Notes: generated by a model from the sequence alone, not told the origin. A DNA stretch of 64,000 bases from Escherichia coli (GCF_030013205.1 NZ_CP122648.1); one strand, 5' to 3'; counted from the first letter of the stretch, positions 1-12,299 are shown. Numbers and translations are program-made.

Positions 1-1375
1 CCGCTCAGAACTACTCGATTCACGTTTTGGCGCAAAGGCCATTTCTACTATCGCGGAGTCAAAACGATTTCCGCTGCACGAAATGCGCGATGATGTCGCA
101 TTCCAGATTATCAATGATGAATTATATCTTGATGGCAACGCTCGTCAGAACCTGGCCACTTTCTGCCAGACCTGGGACGACGAAAACGTCCATAAATTGA
201 TGGATTTGTCGATCAATAAAAACTGGATCGACAAAGAAGAATATCCGCAATCTGCAGCCATCGACCTGCGTTGCGTAAACATGGTTGCCGATCTGTGGCA
301 TGCGCCTGCGCCGAAAAATGGTCAGGCCGTTGGCACCAACACCATTGGTTCTTCCGAGGCCTGTATGCTCGGCGGGATGGCGATGAAATGGCGTTGGCGC
401 AAGCGTATGGAAGCCGCAGGTAAGCCGACCAACAAACCAAACCTGGTGTGCGGTCCGGTACAAATCTGCTGGCATAAATTCGCCCGCTACTGGGATGTGG
501 AGCTGCGTGAGATCCCTATGCGCCCCGGTCAGTTGTTTATGGACCCGAAACGCATGATTGAAGCCTGCGACGAAAATACCATCGGCGTGGTGCCGACTTT
601 CGGCGTGACCTACACCGGTAACTATGAGTTCCCGCAACCGCTGCACGATGCGCTGGATAAACTCCAGGCCGACACCGGTATCGACATCGACATGCACATC
701 GACGCTGCCAGCGGTGGCTTCCTGGCACCGTTCGTTGCCCCGGATATCGTCTGGGACTTCCGCCTGCCGCGTGTGAAATCGATCAGTGCTTCAGGCCATA
801 AATTCGGTCTGGCTCCGCTGGGCTGCGGCTGGGTTATCTGGCGTGATGAAGAAGCGCTGCCGCAGGAACTGGTGTTCAACGTTGACTACCTCGGTGGTCA
901 GATTGGGACTTTCGCCATCAACTTCTCCCGCCCGGCGGGTCAGGTAATTGCACAGTACTATGAATTCCTGCGCCTTGGTCGTGAAGGCTATACCAAAGTA
1001 CAGAACGCTTCCTACCAGGTTGCCGCTTATCTGGCGGATGAAATCGCCAAACTGGGGCCGTATGAGTTCATCTGTACCGGTCGCCCGGACGAAGGCATCC
1101 CGGCGGTTTGCTTCAAACTGAAAGATGGTGAAGATCCGGGATACACCCTCTACGACCTCTCTGAACGTCTGCGTCTGCGCGGCTGGCAGGTTCCGGCCTT
1201 CACTCTCGGCGGTGAAGCCACCGACATCGTGGTGATGCGCATTATGTGTCGTCGCGGCTTCGAAATGGACTTTGCTGAACTGTTGCTGGAAGACTACAAA
1301 GCCTCCCTGAAATATCTCAGCGACCACCCGAAACTGCAGGGTATTGCCCAGCAGAACAGCTTTAAACATACCTGA
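1..1375 (+). CDS. gadA: glutamate decarboxylase alpha, 5'-truncated by the window edge (reading frame begins at nt 2)
   Basis: ORF translation matches Gad from about residue 10 to the C-terminus (…[18 protein letters not shown]); followed by gadX, which identifies the gadA rather than the gadB copy. Confidence 0.9.
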   Translation, partial: RSELLDSRFGAKAISTIAESKRFPLHEMRDDVAFQIINDELYLDGNARQNLATFCQTWDDENVHKLMDLSINKNWIDKEEYPQSAAIDLRCVNMVADLWHAPAPKNGQAVGTNTIGSSEACMLGGMAMKWRWRKRMEAAGKPTNKPNLVCGPVQICWHKFARYWDVELREIPMRPGQLFMDPKRMIEACDENTIGVVPTFGVTYTGNYEFPQPLHDALDKLQADTGIDIDMHIDAASGGFLAPFVAPDIVWDFRLPRVKSISASGHKFGLAPLGCGWVIWRDEEALPQELVFNVDYLGGQIGTFAINFSRPAGQVIAQYYEFLRLGREGYTKVQNASYQVAAYLADEIAKLGPYEFICTGRPDEGIPAVCFKLKDGEDPGYTLYDLSERLRLRGWQVPAFTLGGEATDIVVMRIMCRRGFEMDFAELLLEDYKASLKYLSDHPKLQGIAQQNSFKHT

Positions 1376-1392
1376 TAACATAACGTTGTAAA

Positions 1393-1440
1393 AACCGAAT
1401 GCCCAACTTTTAAAAAACAGCTGGGCATTCGGTTGCTTAT
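1393..1440 (+). terminator. rho-independent terminator after gadA
   Basis: Inverted repeat aaccgaatgccca…tgggcattcggtt followed by a T-rich run. Confidence 0.5.
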
Positions 1441-1742
1441 TAATCGCAATAATATATTGGCTGTCTATTCATCGTGTTGATAAGATATATGTTATATGAA
1501 TGTTTATTAAATGTGCGATTATATTTAATGTAACGGAAATGGATTATTTGCTTACTATTAATTTCCCTGCGTTCTTAAACACGTTTTTGTATTATAAATC
1601 CAGTCATCCTGCCCGTAGAACATCACACATTATCATCCTGTTCTCCCGCTTCGTTTAAATTTATTTATCAATCAATTTGACTTAAGAGAGCGGCGTGCTA
1701 CATTAATAAACAGTAATATGTTTATGTAATATTAAGTCAACT

Positions 1743-2567
1743 ATGCAATCATTACATGGGAATTGTCTAATTGCGTACGCAAGACATAAATATATTCTCA
1801 CCATGGTTAATGGTGAATATCGCTATTTTAATGGCGGTGATCTGGTTTTTGCGGATGCAAGCCAAATTCAAGTGGATAAGTGTGTTGAGAATTTCGTATT
1901 AGTTTCAAGAGACACGCTTTCATTATTTCTCCCGATGCTCAAGGAGGAGGCATTAAAACTTCATGCACATAAAAAAGTTCCTTCATTACTCGTTCATCAC
2001 TGTACCAGAGATATTCCTGTTTTTCAGGAGGTTGCGCAACTATCGCAGAATAAGAATCTTCGCTATGCAGAAATGCTACGTAAAAGGGCATTAATCTTTG
2101 CGTTGTTATCTGTTTTTCTTGAGGATACGCAGTTTATACCGTTACTTCTGAACGTGTTGCAACCGAATATGCGAACACGAGTTTGTACGGTCATCAATAA
2201 TAATATCGCCCATGAGTGGACATTAGCCCGAATCGCTAGCGAATTGTTGATGAGTCCAAGCCTGTTAAAGAAAAAATTGCGCGAAGAAGGTACGTCATAT
2301 TCACAGTTGCTTACTGAGTGTAGGATGCAGCGTGCTTTACAACTTATTGTTATATATGGGGTTTCAATTAAGAGAGTTGCAGTGTCCTGTGGATATCACA
2401 GCGTGTCGTATTTCATTTACGTCTTTCGAAATTATTATGGGATGACGCCCACAGAGTATCAGGAGCGATCGGCGCAGGGATTGTCGAACCGTGACTCGGC
2501 GGCAAGTATTGTTGCGCAAGGGAATTTTTACGGCACTGACTGTTCTGCGGAAGGAATAAGATTATAG
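1743..2567 (+). CDS. gadX: AraC-family acid-resistance regulator GadX
   Basis: 274 aa ORF with a C-terminal AraC HTH; position between gadA and gadW. Confidence 0.9.
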   Translation: MQSLHGNCLIAYARHKYILTMVNGEYRYFNGGDLVFADASQIQVDKCVENFVLVSRDTLSLFLPMLKEEALKLHAHKKVPSLLVHHCTRDIPVFQEVAQLSQNKNLRYAEMLRKRALIFALLSVFLEDTQFIPLLLNVLQPNMRTRVCTVINNNIAHEWTLARIASELLMSPSLLKKKLREEGTSYSQLLTECRMQRALQLIVIYGVSIKRVAVSCGYHSVSYFIYVFRNYYGMTPTEYQERSAQGLSNRDSAASIVAQGNFYGTDCSAEGIRL

Positions 2568-2583
2568 AGTTTTACTCTGACAT

Positions 2584-2689
2584 AAAAAAAACCCGGCATA
2601 GGGGACCGGGAAGAGGATAGTCTGCCGTCTCCAGACTAATAAACCGTTATAACACTCCCTGTTGGCACGGGAAACTTTGTGCTCTCAGT
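2584..2689 (-). ncRNA. gadY: GadY small RNA, antisense to the gadX 3' end
   Basis: Minus strand reads actgagagcacaaagtttcccgtgccaacagggagtg…ccggtcccctatgccgggtttttttt, which matches the GadY sequence as I recall it and ends in a hairpin plus U-run. Confidence 0.75.
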
Positions 2690-2935
2690 AAGTTAAATAT
2701 AACTTTTACTGGAAATAAGATCAGCCATTTTTTTATAAACATAAGCTATACGCTGTGCGAAAATATATTCGTGTTGCATTTACTTATTATCAATTAACTG
2801 TTATGCAAAACTACTTTGTGGATAAATTTTGGTCCTACCAAATCTGGCAGTTTTTGCGCTAAGAAACAGTCTGGCATCATTTCATTAGTATACTGAAATT
2901 GAAATAATCGCAGTAATGAAATATAAGGGATAGTC

Positions 2936-3664
2936 ATGACTCATGTCTGCTCGGTGATCCTCGTTCGTCGTTCATTCGATATTTATCATGAACAGCAAAA
3001 AATATCGTTGCACAACGAGAGTATCCTGTTACTGGATAAAAATTTGGCAGACGATTTTGCGTTTTGTTCACCGGATACGCGACGACTGGATATCGATGAG
3101 CTGACAGTTTGCCATTACTTACAAAATATTCGTCAGATACCACGCAATTTAGGGTTACATAGCAAAGACCGTCTGTTAATTAACCAGTCACCCCCCATGC
3201 CGCTGGTGACGGCGATTTTTGATAGTTTCAATGACTCCGGGGTAAATTCACCGATACTGAGCAAAATGCTCTATCTTTCCTGTTTATCGATGTTTTCTCA
3301 TAAGAAAGAACTGATCCCCTTACTTTTCAATAGTATCAGTACTGTTTCAGGAAAAGTTGAACGCCTTATTAGCTTTGATATCGCCAAACGTTGGTATCTG
3401 CGCGATATTGCGGAAAGAATGTATACCAGCGAGAGTCTAATCAAAAAAAAGTTGCAGGATGAAAATACCTGTTTCAGTAAAATATTACTCGCCTCCAGGA
3501 TGTCGATGGCCAGACGATTACTCGAGTTACGTCAAATTCCTCTGCATACTATTGCGGAAAAATGTGGCTATAGCAGTACATCGTACTTTATAAACACATT
3601 TCGACAATATTATGGTGTAACGCCACATCAGTTTGCGCAACATTCGCCAGGTACCTTTTCCTGA
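2936..3664 (+). CDS. gadW: AraC-family regulator GadW
   Basis: 242 aa ORF with a C-terminal AraC HTH; conserved position. Confidence 0.9.
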   Translation: MTHVCSVILVRRSFDIYHEQQKISLHNESILLLDKNLADDFAFCSPDTRRLDIDELTVCHYLQNIRQIPRNLGLHSKDRLLINQSPPMPLVTAIFDSFNDSGVNSPILSKMLYLSCLSMFSHKKELIPLLFNSISTVSGKVERLISFDIAKRWYLRDIAERMYTSESLIKKKLQDENTCFSKILLASRMSMARRLLELRQIPLHTIAEKCGYSSTSYFINTFRQYYGVTPHQFAQHSPGTFS

Positions 3665-4026
3665 CATATTTTGCATTTGAATATTGGTCAGGATCTCACA
3701 CCTGCTTCATGTGAAACTCTTCCCTGATGATTTCTGCCGGGCTACCGGCTAGTTCTCTTTCGCAGTTTGCCAGGCGGTATAGGTATTTTCAGGAGGAAAA
3801 GACTCGGCATGTTTGGGATTATTAAGCTGACAATTCATACGATTACGGGAATGTGGGTCAGTATTGTGTTGTTTAAATTGATGACGAATGGCTGGAGTGG
3901 TTTCTACTTTCAGTGCTGTGTACTAAGCCTGGTATTCCTGACGGTTAGCTGGTTGTTGAGTGGTGAATGGTTAGCGGGAAAGAGTAAGGCTGAACCCTCA
4001 CGTTCAACCTTACTCTCATTTACACG

Positions 4027-7000
4027 TTACGCTTTTTTAAAGCGGGCAAAGAGATGTTCCACTACAACGAAAAAGACCGGAACGAAGTAAATTGCCAGCA
4101 CTGTTGCGGCAAACATCCCGCCCATCACGCCGGTACCTACCGCGTTTTGCGCGCCAGAACCGGCACCATGACTGATAACCAGCGGCAGCACGCCGAGAAT
4201 AAAGGCCAGAGAGGTCATCAGGATTGGGCGTAAACGCATCCGCGCCGCTTCGATGATTGCCTCTATCGGCGTTTTCCCTTCTTTCTGCATCATCTCAACG
4301 GCAAATTCGACAATCAGGATGGCGTTCTTGGCGGAAAGCCCGATGGTGGTCAGCAAACCAACCTGGAAGTAGACGTCATTACTTAAGCCGCGTAGATCGG
4401 TGGCCAGTAATGCGCCAACGACGCCTAACGGTACAACCAACATCACCGAGAACGGAATTGACCAGCTCTCATAAAGTGCGGCGAGGGCGAGGAACACCAC
4501 GACCAGTGAAATGGCATACAGCGCGGGAGCCTGATTTGAGGATAACGCTTCCTGATACGACAGTCCGGTCCATGAGTAGCCGACGCCTGCCGGAAGTTTA
4601 GCGACCAGGTCTGCCATAAATTTCATGGCGTCACCGGTACTTTTCCCGGCCGCCGCTTCACCTAAAATCTCCATTGACGGGATGCCGTTGTAGCGTTCCA
4701 GTCGCGGTGAACCATAGGTCCATTCGGTAGACGAATAGGCAGAAAGCGGTGCCATCGTGCCAGAGGCGTTGCGTACATACCATTGGTTGATGTTATCCGG
4801 CAACATACGGAACGGCGTGCCTGCCTGGACATACACTTTTTTCACCCGCCCCTGGTTGAGGAAGTCGTTCACGTAGCTGCTGCCGAAGGCGGTGGAAATT
4901 GTCTGGTTGATATCAGACAGCGCCACGCCCATCGCTTCAGCTTTCGCGGCGTTGACGTTCACTTTGAACATCGGCGTATCTTCCAGTCCGTTCGGACGTA
5001 CCCCGGTGACTTGATTCGGTGATTGCGCTGCCAGTGATAATAGCTCGTTTCGCGCCTGGGTCAGTTTTTCGTGCCCCAGGTTGCCGTTGTCCAGCAGTTC
5101 CATATCAAAACCTGACGCGGTACCCAGTTCAGCCACCGCGGGTAAGTTGAACGGGAAGACGACGGCTTTATTGATACTGCTTAACGCAATCATTGCCCGC
5201 TGAATGATCGCGGTAACCGAGTTTTCCTCACCGACACGTTCAGACCACGGCTTGAGACTGATAAACGCCAGACCGTTGTTTTGCCCCTGGCCGCTGAAGC
5301 CAAAGCCGCCAACGGTAAACACCGACTGAACATTATCTTTCTCTTTAGTCAGATAATAATCCGTCACCTGTTGCAGCACTTTCGTGGTGTTAACCATGGT
5401 GGCACCGGAAGGTAACTGCGCGGTGGTCATAAATACCCCCTGATCCTCTTCTGGTAAGAAAGAGGTCGGCGTACGCAGGAACAGCACCGCCATCCCAGCG
5501 CAAATCAGCAGGTAGACCACCATGTAGCGACCGGTACAACGCAACAGCGAGCGGGTGCTGTCGGTATAGTGCTGAGTTGATTTTTCAAACAGCGTGTTGA
5601 AGCGTGCGAACAGGGCGTTAGGTTTATGACCGCCTTCCGGCGCGGCTTTCAGAATGGTGGCGCACAGGGCAGGGGTCAGGCTCATTGCCACAAATACTGA
5701 AAGCAGCATGGAGGAGATCAGCGTGATGGAGAACTGGCGGTAGATCTCCCCGGTTGCACCGCTCATAAAGGCCATCGGCATAAACACTGCGGAAAGAACA
5801 ACGGCAATCCCGACCAGCGCACGTTGGATCTGCCCCATCGATTTATGCGTCGCTTCCTTCGGCGGTAGCTTATCTTCCGCAATGACACGCTCGACGTTCT
5901 CCACCACCACGATGGCGTCATCCACCAGTAACCCTATCGCCAGCACCATCCCGAACATAGTTAACGTGTTGATGGTGAAACCGACCGCCGACAAGATCGC
6001 AAACGTCCCGAGAATAACCACCGGTACGGCAATCGTCGGGATGATTGTGGCACGGAAATTCTGCAAAAACAGATACATGACCAGGAAGACGAGGATGATA
6101 GCCTCAACCAGTGTTTTGAAAACTTCCTGAATAGAAATTTCGATAAACGGCGTGGTGTCGTAAGGATAAACCGTCTTCAGACTTGCCGGGAAATAGGCTG
6201 ATAAGCGGTTCAGTTCCTCTTTGACTGCCCGCGAGGTATCCAGGGCGTTTGCTCCGGCAGCCAGTTTGATGGCGATCCCGGCAGCAGGTTTGCCGTTATA
6301 GCGCGCCACGGTGGAATAATCTTCCGCCCCAAGTTCGACGCGGGCGACATCACGCAGCAGCACTTGCGAACCATCTTGCTGAACTTTCAACAGGATTTTG
6401 CCAAATTCTTCCGGCGTTTGCAGACGCGTCTGCACAATGATCGAGGCGTTTAGTTGCTGGTCTGCCGCCTGTGGCATGCCACCCAGTTGACCACCGGAAA
6501 TCTGGTTGTTTTGCACCTTAATCTGGGAAATAACATCGGAAGGTACCAGATTGTATTTATTGAGTTTTTGCGGGTCCAGCCAGATACGCATGGCGTACTC
6601 GGAACCAAAGAGCTGTACGCTACCAACGCCCGCGGTACGGCTTAGCGGGTCTTTGATATTAGACGCTACATAGTCCGCGATATCGTACTGGTTGAGGCTG
6701 CCGTTATCAGAAATAAACGCCGCTACCATCAGAATATTACTGCTCGACTTATCAACGCTAATCCCCTGCTGCTGCACCGCTTCAGGTAATGAAGGCATAG
6801 CGAGTTGCAGTTTATTTTGCACCTGAACCTGTGCGATATCAGGAGATGTCCCAGTCTCGAAGGTCAGAGTGATAGAGGCATTACCCGCCGCATCACTGGT
6901 TGAAGACATGTACATCAGGCCATCAAGCCCATTCATATTTTGCTCAATCACCTGAGTGACCGAGTCTTCTACCGTTTGCGCATCGGCACCTGGATAGGTA

Positions 7001-7140
7001 GCGCTGACGGTAATGGTCGGTGGCGCAATCTGCGGATACTGCGCAACCGGTAAGTTCATGATCGCCAGACCACCTGCAAGCATCATAATAATGGCAAGTA
7101 CCCAGGCAAAAACCGGGCGATCAATAAAATAGTTAGCCAT
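4027..7140 (-). CDS. mdtF: RND multidrug efflux pump, inner-membrane subunit
   Basis: 1037 aa ORF of AcrB/RND type, starting [17 protein letters not shown]. Confidence 0.92.
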
Positions 7141-7164
7141 GAAAGTCCCCTTAAGCCTGCAACG

Positions 7165-8322
7165 TTATTGTTTCGATTCGGTGCTGGCGTTTTCCTGGCT
7201 GGAGGAAATTGCTCGTGCTTTGATACCCGGACGAATGCGTTGCAAACCGGAAACGATCACCCGATCGCCAGCCTGCAAGCCAGAGGTGACAACCCACTGG
7301 TCGCCGATGGCTTTGCTGGCTTCGATTTCGCGTAGCTGCACGACATCGTCTTTATCCAGAATGAGCGCCGTTGCTTTACCCTGGGCGTTGTGGGTGACGC
7401 CTTCCTGCGGCACCAGTAATACATTCTGGCGGCTACCTTCATCCACTAATGCCGTAACGTACATGCCAGGCAGCAAGTCACCATTTGGGTTGGGGAAAAT
7501 CGCCCGTAACGTCACGGAGCCCGTGGTTTCATCCACCGTCGGGTCGGAGAATTTCAGCGTGCCGGTCTGGCTGTAACGTTTACCATTTTCCAGATTGAGC
7601 TGTACTGGCGTACTGCCCTGAACCTGTTTGATTTGCCCACTGGCGACCTCTTCTTTCATACGCAAGAAATCCTGCACCGACTGCGTGAGATCGACATAAA
7701 TCGGGTCCAGACGTTGTACGGTAACCAGCGAATCTGCCTGATTAGCGGTAACGAGTGCGCCGACGGTCACCGACGATTTCCCGCTGACGCCCGTAATCGG
7801 CGAGGTGACATTCGCGTATTGCAAATTGATCGTCGCCTGTTCAACAGCCGCTTTGGCGACGGTGACATTGGCTTCTGCTTCATTCAGCTGGGTGCGCGCG
7901 GTGTCGTAATCCTGACGGCTAACGTAGTTGGTCTTCAGCAACGATGCCTGGCGGTTAAAGGTGATGCGGGCATTGCTGGCGGTAGAGAGCGCTTTCGCCA
8001 GCGTGCCTTTGGCGGAGTTCAGCTCGGCCTGTAAAGGTGCAGGATCAATCTGATACAGCGAATCGCCCTGGTTCACTTTATCGCCTTCGATAAAGTTGCG
8101 TTTAATGATAATACCGCCAACCTGGGGACGTATCTCGGCAACTTCATAAGGAACGGTTCTACCGGGCAATTCGCTCAATACATTGACCGAACCGGGGGAG
8201 AGTGTGACGACACCGACCTCAGGCGTCATGGCGGCGGCGTTTTCCGCCGATTTGTCATCGCAGGCGGTGAGCATCGCGCCGCAGAATAACAACGGTATTA
8301 ACAGCTTTCTTCTTCTGTTCAT
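7165..8322 (-). CDS. mdtE: RND efflux periplasmic adaptor (membrane fusion protein)
   Basis: 385 aa ORF with lipoprotein signal LTAC; AcrA-like; upstream of mdtF. Confidence 0.92.
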   Translation of the reverse strand: MNRRRKLLIPLLFCGAMLTACDDKSAENAAAMTPEVGVVTLSPGSVNVLSELPGRTVPYEVAEIRPQVGGIIIKRNFIEGDKVNQGDSLYQIDPAPLQAELNSAKGTLAKALSTASNARITFNRQASLLKTNYVSRQDYDTARTQLNEAEANVTVAKAAVEQATINLQYANVTSPITGVSGKSSVTVGALVTANQADSLVTVQRLDPIYVDLTQSVQDFLRMKEEVASGQIKQVQGSTPVQLNLENGKRYSQTGTLKFSDPTVDETTGSVTLRAIFPNPNGDLLPGMYVTALVDEGSRQNVLLVPQEGVTHNAQGKATALILDKDDVVQLREIEASKAIGDQWVVTSGLQAGDRVIVSGLQRIRPGIKARAISSSQENASTESKQ

Positions 8323-8660
8323 TTTAGTCCCTGAAAATTCTTGAGAAATAACGGTTCTTTAAATTGCGCGCGAGGAGAGATATGAGGGATTTACAGACCA
8401 GCGGCATAGTGGGGTTGTCAGCCAGTAAGGTGGGATACAGGCATAGTGATCGACATGGTGAGGTCAACGACAAAAAAAATGTTGCCGTTCTGCCAACAGT
8501 TCCTGCCAGCATTCGGGCAACGAAGGGTTCTACTGGTGGATACACATACCAGGGGAATAAAGTCGTTTTAACCTCTCCTTTAGTAATCACCGGGGGTAAT
8601 GAAATCAGCATCTGCATCCCTCGTCATGCCAGCCATCAATTTCAGTTGCTTATGTCCTGA

Positions 8661-9188
8661 CTAAAAATAAGATGTGATACCCAGGGTGACGATGTCGCTC
8701 ATACGTCTTAGTTTCAGCTTGTACATAATGTTGAATTTCTGAATCTTTAATGTTTGTTGCGAAATATTGAGCGTCGACGTGATATTGCTTTCATTTTTAT
8801 TTTTCAGAATCAGTTGCATAATTTTGAACTGATTATGTGAAAAACATAATTGTGAATTCTTATGGGGCAAGTGTTTACCATAAGTAATCTCAAGAAGATT
8901 TTTGATACTTTCTTTGCGGCTGACAAAATAAATAGGCGCTTTAGCTTTTAGTTTACTGATGTGATAAGGTGCCAAAACAATAATTCTCTCGGCATCTAAT
9001 TTCTCCAGAAATTTAATCGCTTCTTCATCAAGGATATGATTGTGATAGGTATCAATGATAACCTTGAAGGGTTTATTGCCTACTTTTTTGATCTCTGACA
9101 GGGAATTGATTTTTATCATTTCGTGATTATCTTTCAACTGCCAAAAGCCCTGTAAAAGAAAAGAATCTTTCGTCATGAGAAAAATCAT
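8661..9188 (-). CDS. gadE: LuxR-family acid-resistance activator GadE
   Basis: The ORF track gives 201 aa; starting at the internal Met (MIFLMTKDSFLLQG) gives the 175 aa GadE. Confidence 0.88.
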   Translation of the reverse strand: MIFLMTKDSFLLQGFWQLKDNHEMIKINSLSEIKKVGNKPFKVIIDTYHNHILDEEAIKFLEKLDAERIIVLAPYHISKLKAKAPIYFVSRKESIKNLLEITYGKHLPHKNSQLCFSHNQFKIMQLILKNKNESNITSTLNISQQTLKIQKFNIMYKLKLRRMSDIVTLGITSYF

Positions 9189-9986
9189 AACTTGCTCCTT
9201 AGCCGTTATCGTTTCGAACATGTCATCCTTTTCATTATTTACATCCTTGTCCGAATCGTTGTTCAATATAGTAAACGCCTATAAGAACTTTGCCCTTCGT
9301 GAACTAATACGTCTATTAACACTAATCAATGCTTCAGATTTATCCATCACACACTCCATATATTGATCCTAAGTAAAATTCCTGGTTGTTATCAGTTTGC
9401 AAACGGCAAACAAAAACTTAACGTTTACGGATTACTGCCCAAGAATAAGTTATCAATAACCAGTTTGTGATCTCTGAAGAATATTACTAAAGTTAAAATG
9501 TAATCCGATTTAAATATCGAGTCTCCTTGTTTCGACTTAAGCTGGCAATTGGATTGCCAGCTTTCTTTTAACGCATTGAAATTACCTGAGTAAATAACTC
9601 ATTCATGTCTTCAGGTTTTTATATAGCGTCTGGAGACACGGATATTTATGCAATGTAATCAACGCCAGTTGCAAAAAAATGAACCCGGATTACTTATTTA
9701 ACCGCCCATAGCATCAACGCTTACGGAACTCTTTGTTCACTTTCCCACAGCACTTTTAAAACATTAAACCTGACTACGGAAAATATCAGCCATGATAATG
9801 TTTGAAATGGCTAATTTGCCATGGAATGAAAAAAATTAGATGAAATTCAGTAGGTTGAAATAATCATCAGCAGGTAATTATTTCAATGATAGTGCGCAAT
9901 TGATCTACAACGCTGTGTAGCGGAGAGAGTATTAATCGGATCATAGTCACATCAAGTGACTATGATCCGGGTGACAACAGGAATAA

Positions 9987-10559
9987 TTATTGCTGCTTAA
10001 CGAACAAACTGGCGAAGCTGAACAGGCTGGCGGCGCTAAATATCAGTTCAATACCCACCAGTGTGGAAACCAAAGTTACAGACACCATCGGCGTTGCACC
10101 AAGGAATATCCATGCAATGACGATATCCAGCACACCAATAACGAGCTGTAGCCAGCTGCCTTTCATTGAACGCTGACGATACCAACTCATCAGGCGAATA
10201 ACCCCTGCAACACAGAACAAACCGGCAATAAATGCCGCAATGGCAAAAATGCCCAGCTCCGGTGCGCGGATGAAGAAATAGCCGATCAATAAATAGGCGA
10301 CTGCGACGAGGAAACCGGATAATACCGGCCAGAAATTATGACTGCGGTTGCTGAATAATCCAACAATAAGCGCAACGCCCGAGCAGATTAATAATGCACC
10401 CACTACCGTGCTTAAAATATCGCCAGAGACGAACGGGAAACTGATACACAGCAACCCGACGATAAACAGCAACACGGCAATAAACTGGATTGCTCTGCGA
10501 TGCTTTTTCAGCATCTCCAGATCAAACTTCAAAATTGTTGCCTTATCTATATATAACAT
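9987..10559 (-). CDS. hdeD: acid-resistance membrane protein HdeD
   Basis: 190 aa multi-pass membrane ORF; divergent from hdeAB. Confidence 0.9.
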   Translation of the reverse strand: MLYIDKATILKFDLEMLKKHRRAIQFIAVLLFIVGLLCISFPFVSGDILSTVVGALLICSGVALIVGLFSNRSHNFWPVLSGFLVAVAYLLIGYFFIRAPELGIFAIAAFIAGLFCVAGVIRLMSWYRQRSMKGSWLQLVIGVLDIVIAWIFLGATPMVSVTLVSTLVGIELIFSAASLFSFASLFVKQQ

Positions 10560-10813
10560 AGAACCACCCTATAAAATTAAGAAGAAAATCCCCTGCTATC
10601 AATCTATGCCAAAAACGCGTCTAAGAATGCAGTCGATTTAATAAAAATTTCCTAATTACAGTATCTGATGCATCTGTAACTCATTGTATTGAAATAAAAA
10701 TATCTGATTTTGATATTTTCCATCAACATGACATATACAGAAAACCAGGTTATAACCTCAGTGTCGAAATTGATTCGTGACGGCTCTTTCACTTTATAGT
10801 TGAGGATATTACG

Positions 10814-11146
10814 ATGAAAAAAGTATTAGGCGTTATTCTTGGTGGTCTGCTTCTTCTGCCAGTTGTGAGCAATGCAGCGGATGCGCAAAAAGCAGCTGAT
10901 AACAAAAAACCGGTCAACTCCTGGACCTGTGAAGATTTCCTGGCTGTGGACGAATCCTTCCAGCCAACTGCAGTTGGTTTTGCTGAAGCGCTGAACAACA
11001 AAGATAAACCAGAAGATGCGGTTTTAGATGTTCAGGGTATTGCAACCGTAACCCCAGCTATCGTTCAGGCTTGTACTCAGGATAAACAAGCCAACTTTAA
11101 AGATAAAGTTAAAGGCGAGTGGGACAAAATTAAGAAAGATATGTAA
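10814..11146 (+). CDS. hdeA: periplasmic acid-stress chaperone HdeA
   Basis: 110 aa ORF with signal peptide, MKKVLGVILGGLLLLPVVSNAADAQKA. Confidence 0.93.
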   Translation: MKKVLGVILGGLLLLPVVSNAADAQKAADNKKPVNSWTCEDFLAVDESFQPTAVGFAEALNNKDKPEDAVLDVQGIATVTPAIVQACTQDKQANFKDKVKGEWDKIKKDM

Positions 11147-11261
11147 TTCCGGGAATGCGTTACATCGTACTTCCTTGCATATTGAACAGGCCGGAATATC
11201 TTCTTTAAAAGCAGCTATTCCTCCTGTTCATATATAATCTCTATATTGAATGGGTTACAAA

Positions 11262-11588
11262 ATGAATATTTCATCTCTCCGTAAAGCGTTTATTTTTATG
11301 GGCGCTGTAGCGGCTTTGTCACTGGTGAACGCACAATCTGCGCTGGCAGCCAATGAATCCGCTAAAGATATGACCTGCCAGGAATTTATTGATCTGAATC
11401 CAAAAGCAATGACACCGGTTGCATGGTGGATGCTGCATGAAGAGACAGTATATAAAGGTGGCGATACCGTTACTTTAAATGAAACCGATCTCACTCAAAT
11501 TCCTAAAGTGATCGAATACTGCAAGAAAAACCCGCAGAAAAATTTGTATACCTTCAAAAATCAAGCATCTAATGACTTGCCGAATTAA
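11262..11588 (+). CDS. hdeB: periplasmic acid-stress chaperone HdeB
   Basis: 108 aa from MNISSLRKAF…; signal peptide ends ALA-ANE. Confidence 0.9.
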   Translation: MNISSLRKAFIFMGAVAALSLVNAQSALAANESAKDMTCQEFIDLNPKAMTPVAWWMLHEETVYKGGDTVTLNETDLTQIPKVIEYCKKNPQKNLYTFKNQASNDLPN

Positions 11589-11651
11589 TGAGGTACAAGT
11601 AAAAAGGAGTAGCAAGTTGAGCCATCTTGCTGCTCCTTTTTGCTTTTTTAT

Positions 11652-12299
11652 ATGACAGCAGAATTTATTATACGTCTTATACTCGCAGCAATTGCCTGTG
11701 GCGCTATTGGCATGGAAAGGCAAATGCGCGGCAAAGGAGCAGGGTTACGCACACATGTATTAATTGGCATGGGAAGCGCCCTGTTTATGATTGTTTCGAA
11801 ATATGGTTTTGCTGACGTGCTGTCTTTAAATCACGTCGGACTGGACCCCAGCCGTATTGCTGCTCAGGTGGTGACGGGCGTCGGGTTTATCGGCGCAGGT
11901 AACATTCTCGTTCGTAACCAAAATATTGTAGGTCTGACGACGGCAGCGGATATCTGGGTGACCGCCGCCATTGGTATGGTTATTGGTAGCGGTATGTACG
12001 AACTGGGCATTTATGGTTCAGTGATGACCTTGCTGGTGCTGGAAGTCTTCCATCAATTAACCTTCCGCCTGATGAACAAAAATTACCATTTACAGCTGAC
12101 ATTAGTGAACGGTAATACGGTATCAATGCTCGACTGGTTTAAGCAGCAAAAAATAAAAACGGATTTAGTTTCGTTGCAGGAAAGTGAAGATCATGAAGTG
12201 GTCGCCATTGATATCCAGCTTCATGCCACAACGTCGATAGAAGATCTGTTGCGATTATTAAAAGAGATGGCAGGGGTGAAAGGCGTTTCAATTAGCTAA
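11652..12299 (+). CDS. yhiD: MgtC-family inner membrane protein YhiD
   Basis: 215 aa from MTAEFIIRLILAAIACGAIGMERQ. Confidence 0.88.
   Translation: MTAEFIIRLILAAIACGAIGMERQMRGKGAGLRTHVLIGMGSALFMIVSKYGFADVLSLNHVGLDPSRIAAQVVTGVGFIGAGNILVRNQNIVGLTTAADIWVTAAIGMVIGSGMYELGIYGSVMTLLVLEVFHQLTFRLMNKNYHLQLTLVNGNTVSMLDWFKQQKIKTDLVSLQESEDHEVVAIDIQLHATTSIEDLLRLLKEMAGVKGVSIS

Noticed and set aside
8324-8660. Two mutually antisense ~97 aa ORFs in the mdtE-gadE intergenic region
   Set aside because: This interval is the gadE 3' UTR and mdtE promoter; the ORFs have no RBS context or protein-like composition.
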